From IMG/VR virus record IMGVR_UViG_3300005973_000002: a stretch of DNA of 64,000 nt; one strand, 5' to 3'. The position numbers and the translations under genes are program-made. The stretch comes from a virus. Its lineage: Duplodnaviria > Caudoviricetes. Of this stretch, positions 57,258 to 64,000 are shown one piece after another. The notes under the pieces were generated by a model, which was given only the letters and a program-made list of their open reading frames with translations, did no database searches and had not been told where the DNA came from. Within the stretch, counting starts at the first letter, position 1. Every line of letters begins with the position of its first letter.

Positions 57258-58127
57258 ATGAAGTTTATTCACGTTCAATACGACATCATACAATCTGATT
57301 GGAAGGTGTTGCAAGTAGGCGGATCACGTCAACCGTTCCGACGTGCTAATGTTGTTATTGATCCACGTCCATGGGCAGAACGCAGCAAAACAAATTCCTG
57401 GGTTCAAACCATTCCGGAATATTTTTCCGAAAGGACTTGGTTTACGCAGCCGCTCGAAGAAACTCCTTGGCCTTTTGCTGATGAAGAGTTTGATTATGTT
57501 ATAGTTGACGATGCTATCGTTTCAACACGTGATCCGATTGCAGTTTGTCGTGAGATGGAACGGGTTGCCAAGCGTGGATATATTGAATTTCCTAATGTAG
57601 TTGCACAGCATCTACGTGGTGTTGAAGACCCAAATTATACCGGATACATCAATCATCGTTGGTTCGCTGACGTGGTGGACAATGCCATTCGCTTTAGTTA
57701 TAAACACCCTTCGGTGCATGTTAAAAAAGACTTTTGGATAGACAATCCAAAGTTACCAGTGCAGCCCTGGATTAATCCAAAGAAGGCGGTGGAAGGTCTG
57801 TTTTGGGATGCAAGTCTTCAATCTTATGAAGATTATGAAAATATGGAATTTCCAGACTGGTTCTTCGAAGAAAACACTTGGAAATATAAAGAGCAAACTG
57901 CAAATGAACAGCAGTTTAAAAACTTTTGGAAGGTTGATGAACCAATCCCAGTCATGTTGGAATGTAGACCATTTCAGGCTGGCACTTTAGTTCGAGTAAA
58001 TGATTTGCCATTTAAATTTGCCGTTTCAATGTTCACAAATAAAAATGAGCGACACATGGAAATGTTGAAATTCGAGCATTACATCGCAGAGAACATAAAC
58101 AATAAATACCATAAGTACCAACTTTAA
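57258..58127 (+). CDS. class I methyltransferase-like protein
   Basis: VLQVGG, PWPFADEEFD, DP.....E..RV.K.GYIE.P. Confidence 0.7.
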   Translation: MKFIHVQYDIIQSDWKVLQVGGSRQPFRRANVVIDPRPWAERSKTNSWVQTIPEYFSERTWFTQPLEETPWPFADEEFDYVIVDDAIVSTRDPIAVCREMERVAKRGYIEFPNVVAQHLRGVEDPNYTGYINHRWFADVVDNAIRFSYKHPSVHVKKDFWIDNPKLPVQPWINPKKAVEGLFWDASLQSYEDYENMEFPDWFFEENTWKYKEQTANEQQFKNFWKVDEPIPVMLECRPFQAGTLVRVNDLPFKFAVSMFTNKNERHMEMLKFEHYIAENINNKYHKYQL

Positions 58128-58130
58128 TAC

Positions 58131-58730
58131 ATGAATTCGAAATATAAAAAAGAAAACTATGTTCACCTTGAAGATCATTGGAAAAAATATATGCCCAATG
58201 TTCTTTTTCAGCACTACAGAAAACTTTTTCAAGGCAAAATAGGAGATTTTGGCTGTAATACTGGGTTGTTTGATATCCATCTCGCAGAAATGGAAAGAGT
58301 AAACGAAGTTATTGGCTTTGATATAAATGAAGAAGCTATTAAAAAGGCAAAAGAATTTGCAGCAGTTTCACCAGTAAAATCAAAACTAAAATTTCACTGT
58401 CAAAACCTAACAGAAAAAATTGAATACGACAGTTACTTTGATTTTGTTATTTGTTTCCACACTATAGAACACATCTACCCTGAAGATGTTGATGATTGTG
58501 TACGTAATATTTTTACCTCGCTTAAAGTAGGGGGCTATGCACTGATAAATTTGCCTGATAAGCATTCATATCCTTGGGAGGAAACTCACGTATTCCATCC
58601 CAACAAAGAAGAATTATCAAAGCTCTTCGAAGTGCACGGTTTCTCTACGGTTGAAGCTTATGAAGATGAGCGAGGTGGCCAAGTTGGACACTCAAGAAAC
58701 ATCACTGCACTTTACCTAAAGGAGTTGTAA
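58131..58730 (+). CDS. class I SAM-dependent methyltransferase
   Basis: DFGCNTG, GFDIN, FD.V...HTIEH, LKVGG. Confidence 0.9.
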   Translation: MNSKYKKENYVHLEDHWKKYMPNVLFQHYRKLFQGKIGDFGCNTGLFDIHLAEMERVNEVIGFDINEEAIKKAKEFAAVSPVKSKLKFHCQNLTEKIEYDSYFDFVICFHTIEHIYPEDVDDCVRNIFTSLKVGGYALINLPDKHSYPWEETHVFHPNKEELSKLFEVHGFSTVEAYEDERGGQVGHSRNITALYLKEL

Positions 58731-59468
58731 ATGAATTTGGTGGCAAAAAATACATGGATTTTGCACCCGACTTCGGGTCATCCAAACAAAAATACGTTTG
58801 AAACACCTTGGTATAAATCTCCCATTAGAACAAAGGATGTTCCCATCTTTACGGGGTTTTTCAGGGTCGGAAATCATTATCTAATTGAATTGATTCAACG
58901 TTATTTTGAAGCTAATGTTTGGATTGATGGTAGGTTAAAGCCAGAAAACATTATATGCTTCTGGACCCATGATCATGATCATTGCTTGGAGGCTATAACA
59001 CCATGTATGTTTTTATACAGGAAAAATGTATGCCACATGATGTATTCTTTATATAAAAGTCAATATGTCGAGGCTAAAGCGTGTGATGTTAATGTAGAAA
59101 ATTTTATAAAATATAGAGTTAATGATTATAAATACAATACAAATAAATGGCTTAGGAATGCTGATTTAATAATTGAATATGAAAAGCTTGTTTATAAACC
59201 TCAAGAAGAATTTAAAAAAATTGCACAGTTTTTTGGAAAGTTATTTGTTCAAGAAAAATTTGAAAGGGTAAAGAAGGTTATCACACATGATTACGTAATC
59301 GGCAAGTGGAAGAATACGTTGCCAAACTATTTTTTTCATCGGGATGCAAACTACGTCCCTGACAGAAATAAATGGATTGAAAAATTTAAGCCCACTATTT
59401 TTAAACACTTTTTTGATGAAACGCACACTCCTGTTGGTAACTTGGCTGAATTTCTCACTTTAGAATGA
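58731..59468 (+). CDS. sulfotransferase-like protein
   Basis: GFFRVGNHYL (5'-PSB-like), R....MYS (3'-PB-like), IEYEKL..KP..E..KI..FFG. Confidence 0.65.
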   Translation: MNLVAKNTWILHPTSGHPNKNTFETPWYKSPIRTKDVPIFTGFFRVGNHYLIELIQRYFEANVWIDGRLKPENIICFWTHDHDHCLEAITPCMFLYRKNVCHMMYSLYKSQYVEAKACDVNVENFIKYRVNDYKYNTNKWLRNADLIIEYEKLVYKPQEEFKKIAQFFGKLFVQEKFERVKKVITHDYVIGKWKNTLPNYFFHRDANYVPDRNKWIEKFKPTIFKHFFDETHTPVGNLAEFLTLE

Positions 59469-60403
59469 TGTATGTAGCAAAATGTCCTTTGAGAATTTCT
59501 CTTGTTGGAGGAGGGACAGACCTTGATAATTTTATTAAAAAATACGGCAAAGGTTCAGTTATTAGCTTCCCTTCAACGCTTTATGTTTATGTTAGTATTC
59601 ATGATAACAACCGAAGTCAATATGTCCTAAACTATTCTAAGAACGAAGAAGTAGATGAATTATATGAAGTACAAAACACGCCTGCAAGAATAGTTCTTGG
59701 TCACTACAACACTGGACCAATTACTGTCTCGTTTCTTTCAGACATTATTTCCACAGGCTCAGGACTGGGCTCCTCTTCAGCTTACATGAATGCGCTAACG
59801 AAAGCTGTAACAATGTATAAGAGTGAACAGTTGACTGAATTTGAAGTTTGTAGACAAGCACTGGAACTTGAAAGAAAGTTCAATCCCGAGACTGGCTATC
59901 AAGATTCATATGGCTGTGGCGTTGGAGGATTCAAGCGCATCAACTTTATCAAAGATAGACGTCCCAATTTTTCGTTTTTAGATGGTGATTTTCTTAGAGA
60001 CAATTTTGACATGGCTCTCTATTACACAAAAATAACAAGAGACTCAAATGATATTTTAAAAACGATAAACACAGACCGTTGCTTGCCGCTTCTTACAATG
60101 GTTGATGATCTCGAACAAGCCATAGAAGAACAAAATACTGAAGGTTTCCTTGAAATATTCAACAGAGGTTGGGACATTAAAAAGACAACGTCACCATTAA
60201 TCGCAGATGATGAAAGGTTTCAGAAGTGGAATGAAGAGTTTCAGAAGCACAAAGATGTTCTCGGAATCAAACTTTGCGGAGCTGGTGGTGGTGGTTATTT
60301 TCTAGCTCTATGTAAGAAAGGCTGTGCGCCTAAACAAATAAATGGTTCACAAGCAATACCAATTGGAGTCAACGAAACTGGAGTAGTTGGCCAGAGGTTT
60401 TAA
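59465..60403 (+). CDS. hddA: GHMP sugar kinase, heptose-7-phosphate kinase-like
   Basis: PLRIS..GGGTD, GSGLGSSSA, G.QD.Y....GG, GAGGGG. Confidence 0.85.
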   Translation: MMYVAKCPLRISLVGGGTDLDNFIKKYGKGSVISFPSTLYVYVSIHDNNRSQYVLNYSKNEEVDELYEVQNTPARIVLGHYNTGPITVSFLSDIISTGSGLGSSSAYMNALTKAVTMYKSEQLTEFEVCRQALELERKFNPETGYQDSYGCGVGGFKRINFIKDRRPNFSFLDGDFLRDNFDMALYYTKITRDSNDILKTINTDRCLPLLTMVDDLEQAIEEQNTEGFLEIFNRGWDIKKTTSPLIADDERFQKWNEEFQKHKDVLGIKLCGAGGGGYFLALCKKGCAPKQINGSQAIPIGVNETGVVGQRF

Positions 60404-60912
60404 TGAACAAAGATGAATTGATAAGAGAAATAGAAAAGGTGTATTCTAAATCTGGTGCGCTTAAAAGCTTGATAGAAGACCATGAGGAAATCATTCTAAT
60501 TGGCAATGGAGCAAGTTGTGCCATAGCTAGCCACATGGCTGTCGATTACACCAAGCAATTAAAAAAGAAAGCATTTGCATTCACTGATGCTTCTAGACTT
60601 ACTTGTTATGTAAATGACTACGGTAGCAATAGAGCTTATGCACAATTTGTAAAAGAATTCGCAACTCCTGGAAAGACTTTAGTGATCCTGATCTCATCAT
60701 CAGGAAACTCCAAGAATATAACGAACGCAGCTAATCGTTGTGAGATTGATGGAGTGGCTTGGGTAGCTTTGTCTGGCAAAGATCACGACAACAAACTTCA
60801 TAGAACCAACTACATGTATAGGAAGTTAAATGTTTGGGTAGAAAGCCAAGACTACGGTGTGGTAGAATGTGTTCATCAAATTCTTTTGCACTCAATTATG
60901 GAAGTAAAGTAA
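60403..60912 (+). CDS. gmhA: SIS-domain phosphoheptose isomerase-like protein
   Basis: GNGAS..IASH, ND, ISSSGNS.NI, YG.VE..H. Confidence 0.8.
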   Translation: MNKDELIREIEKVYSKSGALKSLIEDHEEIILIGNGASCAIASHMAVDYTKQLKKKAFAFTDASRLTCYVNDYGSNRAYAQFVKEFATPGKTLVILISSSGNSKNITNAANRCEIDGVAWVALSGKDHDNKLHRTNYMYRKLNVWVESQDYGVVECVHQILLHSIMEVK

Positions 60913-61619
60913 TGGCAACTTTCTGTTTTGACATTGATGGAACAATCTGCACCAATACACTTGGCAAGTATTTGAACGCAAAGCCTTATCCTGATATGTT
61001 ACGACGCATTAATAATCTGTATGACTGTGGACACACCATCATTTTTATGACCGCAAGAGGATGTGTATCTCATGTTGATTATACAGAATTGACAGAAAAA
61101 CAGCTGAATGAATGGGGATTTAAATACCACAAATTAATCACAAATCAGAAGCCGCATGCAGATTTGTTTATTGACGACCGAGCCGTAAATGTGTGCGAAT
61201 GGCGGACTTTGGGTAAAAGAATTGGTTTTGTTGCTAGTTCTTTTGATCTGATTCATCCAGGATACATTATAATGCTCAAAGAAGCCAAGACGGTTTGTGA
61301 GCATCTTGTCTGTGCTCTTCATGTAGATCCATCCACAGAAAGAGACTCAAAAAACCAACCCATACAAACACTTGAAGAGCGGCTGATGGTTTTAGAATCA
61401 ATTCGTTATGTTGACGAAGTTATTATATATAAATCAGAAGATGATTTGTACCAACTTCTTAAAGAAATTTCTCCAGATGTTCGTATTCTTGGCAGTGATT
61501 ACAAAGAAAAAGATTTTACAGGTTCAGATCTCAGTATAGAAATACATTGGCATAACAGAGACCATAGCTGGTCAACGTCAAATCTCAGGCGGAGGATCGC
61601 TAACGCCGAAAACAAATAA
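60912..61619 (+). CDS. HAD phosphatase fused to HIGH-family nucleotidyltransferase
   Basis: FDIDGTIC...FIDD, then FDLIHPGY...R...L.SIRYVDEV...G.DY...STS. Confidence 0.85.
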   Translation: MATFCFDIDGTICTNTLGKYLNAKPYPDMLRRINNLYDCGHTIIFMTARGCVSHVDYTELTEKQLNEWGFKYHKLITNQKPHADLFIDDRAVNVCEWRTLGKRIGFVASSFDLIHPGYIIMLKEAKTVCEHLVCALHVDPSTERDSKNQPIQTLEERLMVLESIRYVDEVIIYKSEDDLYQLLKEISPDVRILGSDYKEKDFTGSDLSIEIHWHNRDHSWSTSNLRRRIANAENK

Positions 61620-61658
61620 ACTCCTGAAGTATAACCTTAGAACAACGACAGGTGTTTC

Positions 61659-62567
61659 ATGAAAAAGGTACTCGTAACAGGTGGCGCAGGGTTCATTGGT
61701 TCAAACGTTGTTGATCTTCTAGTAGAGAAAGGCCATGATGTTATCGTGGTAGATAATCTTTCTACTGGTTATACTGAAAACTTAAATCCTAAAGCTAAAT
61801 TTTGCAATTTAGATTTGCTTGACAGTAAATTGCTTTTTAAAAAAATGTTGACCGAGTTTGGTCAAATTGATGTTGTGTTTCATCTAGCTGCATTGCCAAG
61901 AGTTGAGCCGAGTATTCATGACCCCGTTGGCTCAAACGAACAGAATGTCACAGCAACACTAAACCTATTTGAAGCTTGTAGGAAAGCGGGAGTTAAAAAT
62001 ATAATCTATTCGTCTTCATCGTCAGTATATGGCGACGCCAAAAATGTTCCAACTGATGAAAACGAACCTGTTGATCCGATGAGTCCTTATGCCTTACAAA
62101 AGCTCATCGGCGATCAATATGCAGAACTGTTCTGTAGGCTATACGATATGAACATCACCTGCCTTCGTTACTTTAACGTCTATGGAAATCGAGAGCCTAC
62201 TGTTGGCGCTTATGTGCCTGTAATCGGTATTTGGTTTAGACAGCTTGCCGAAGGTAAACCTTTGACCATAACAGGAGATGGTAGACAAAGCCGAGATTTT
62301 GTTAACGTGCTTGACGTAGCGAAAGCAAATGTTATGTCTGCCGAAGCTGGATTGAGAGGATATAATGTTTTTAACATTGGTTCAGGAACTACACACGAAC
62401 TAAATTATTTAGCATTACTTATTTCTAAGAACATAACATACATTGCACCAAGGATGGAACCTAGACACACGTGTGCTGATATTTCTCTCATGAAAAACAT
62501 GATTGGATGGAAATCAACTATTAATATTAAAGCCTACATTAGAGAAAAGGTAAGAAATTTAAAATGA
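61659..62567 (+). CDS. NAD-dependent epimerase (UDP-Glc 4-epimerase-like)
   Basis: GGAGFIG, SSSSVYG, SPYALQK, LRYFNVYG, RDFV.V.D. Confidence 0.95.
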   Translation: MKKVLVTGGAGFIGSNVVDLLVEKGHDVIVVDNLSTGYTENLNPKAKFCNLDLLDSKLLFKKMLTEFGQIDVVFHLAALPRVEPSIHDPVGSNEQNVTATLNLFEACRKAGVKNIIYSSSSSVYGDAKNVPTDENEPVDPMSPYALQKLIGDQYAELFCRLYDMNITCLRYFNVYGNREPTVGAYVPVIGIWFRQLAEGKPLTITGDGRQSRDFVNVLDVAKANVMSAEAGLRGYNVFNIGSGTTHELNYLALLISKNITYIAPRMEPRHTCADISLMKNMIGWKSTINIKAYIREKVRNLK

Positions 62568-63299
62568 AGACTAAAACTTTACAGGATATATAAAAGAATA
62601 CGAAGATACGGAACTGTGCAATAGTTCAATTATTCTAGACTTTAATCTAGGAACCGATTCTGTTTCTTGGTTAAAAAATCACAGAGATTTTATTGAAACA
62701 TCTTATAAAAAGGGAGTCATCTATGGACATGGAGCAAGATGTTTGCAATACATGTGGAAACTGATCGTGGACCAAATGCCATCTGATTTTTCATTTTTAG
62801 AAATAGGAGTTTACAAAGGTCAAATTTTATCTTTAATTGAGTTATGTGCAAATAAAACAGAAAAAAATTCCAAAATGGTAGGGGTAACTCCACTTTTCGA
62901 TCCTGATTTTGCCAAGTATAACCGCATGCCTTATATTGAAGGAATATTTAAAAACTTTTCACTTACGATGGAAAACACGACCATCATTGATGGAAAGTCA
63001 CAAGATGAAAAGATTGTTGAAAAAGTAAATAATTTAGGTCCGTTTAATATTGTTTATATCGATGGAGATCACTCATATCAGGCAACTGTTGATGACATCA
63101 AAATTATGATAAATGTTTAAAATCGGGCGGTTTTATGATTGTGGATGATGCTAGTAATTTTAAAAAAATCCCAACTTACGCAAGTTCCTTCAAAGGAATC
63201 ATTGAAGTTTCAGAGGCAGTTAGAGATACCCTTGAGAAGGATTCATCTTATGAAGACTTGCTTACCTGTATGCATGTTCGCATTTTTAGAAAGAAATAA
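62564..63299 (+). pseudogene. Methyltransf_24-like methyltransferase with two 1-nt frameshifts
   Basis: FLEIGVYKGQ, IDGDHSY, then LKSGGFMIVDD in a shifted frame; restoring one nt near 62587 and one near 63100 gives a continuous ORF. Confidence 0.75.
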
Positions 63300-64000
63300 T
63301 GATGGAAAAGATAAAAATTGCATTCATTAAATTTTGTGGTTTGGCAGCAGGCGGAACTGAAAAGGCATTGCAAACCATTGCGGCAAATCTTCCGAAGGAT
63401 CGATTTGAAGTAGATTACTATTATTGTGACGCTGCACCATACCTTGGTTCGGATTACAAACATGCCGACACTGATCCATATAGAAAAGCTTATATGGAAA
63501 GTAAAAATGTGAATCTTGTAAAATTTAGTGTCGCCTATAAAGACGTGAGAGATTCAACACACAAATGGATCGATACTAATTTTTGGGAAATGTTTGATGA
63601 AAACAGGTATGACATCATTCAAACCGCCCGAGCAGGTCATCCAGAATATCCTTTTACTCAAATAAATTCAACTCCTCAAGTGGACTTGGTCACATTGCCT
63701 GGAATGGCTGAAAACAAAGTTAATGTAGTTAAAACTGTTCATATTTCAAAGCACCAAGCAGAAACTTGGGTCAAAGCTGGAGGAAATCCTAGTAAAATTG
63801 AAGTTATCCCACTATTTGATGAGCTTCCGACACCACCTAAATTGAACTTTAGAAAGGAATTTAAATTAGAAAATAAATTTGTGTTTGGCTTACATCAGAG
63901 AGTCGATGATGGAATTTTTTCTCCAATTCCATTAACAGCATTCAAAAAGCTTGAAGTCGAATTTGATAATGTTGCTTTCTTATTACTTGGTGGAAGCGAC
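63299..64000 (+). CDS. GT4-like glycosyltransferase, 5' part (runs off window)
   Basis: KIAFIKFCGLAAGGTEKALQTIA N-terminus; open to window end. Confidence 0.75.
   Translation, partial: MMEKIKIAFIKFCGLAAGGTEKALQTIAANLPKDRFEVDYYYCDAAPYLGSDYKHADTDPYRKAYMESKNVNLVKFSVAYKDVRDSTHKWIDTNFWEMFDENRYDIIQTARAGHPEYPFTQINSTPQVDLVTLPGMAENKVNVVKTVHISKHQAETWVKAGGNPSKIEVIPLFDELPTPPKLNFRKEFKLENKFVFGLHQRVDDGIFSPIPLTAFKKLEVEFDNVAFLLLGGSD

Noticed and set aside
876-63463. Numerous 60-170 aa ORFs overlapping longer genes in other frames or antisense (e.g. 14487-14939, 47461-47901, 12186-12701)
   Set aside because: Shadow ORFs without SD, motifs or independent space.
1-64000. CRISPR array, tRNA, rRNA or DGR
   Set aside because: No regularly spaced repeats, cloverleaf/T-loop signature, reverse transcriptase or TR/VR pair seen by eye.
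1-64000. Stop-codon reassignment as in some jumbo phages
   Set aside because: TAA, TAG and TGA all end genes at sensible places and long genes are uninterrupted.

Overview
A 64-kb fragment of a large, AT-rich, T4-superfamily-like myovirus (jumbo-phage style), standard genetic code. The host is probably Gram-negative, inferred from lipoprotein and spanin-like genes. Layout: (1) 0-18 kb replication and nucleotide metabolism: gp32-like SSB, RecA/UvsX, dUTPase, 5'-3' exonuclease, gp41-like helicase, class II RNR with a LAGLIDADG intein, plus an Fe/Mn SOD and spanin-like genes. (2) 18-27 kb accessory block: two lipoprotein trypsin-like proteases, a kinase-like protein, a HAD nucleotidase and multidomain proteins (GNAT + ART-like; Toprim + Arr-like ART). 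Most genes from 19.7 kb on share an N-terminal 'L..LIE...L.E' leader, and several follow a CTAYTTA motif. (3) 27-41 kb: ThyX, glycosyl- and methyltransferases, three GIY-YIG endonucleases (two have duplicated the 5' end of their target gene), two small ORFs resembling major-capsid-protein fragments, a tail-chaperone pair with a slippery site, HIT/Nudix, an intein-containing nucleotidyltransferase and an amidase endolysin. (4) 41.8-53.6 kb tape measure and baseplate genes. (5) 53.6-64 kb glycan biosynthesis cluster: GTs, methyltransferases, sulfotransferase, NDP-heptose pathway, epimerases. No tRNA, rRNA or CRISPR array was seen. All family calls come from recognising motifs by eye, not from database searches.
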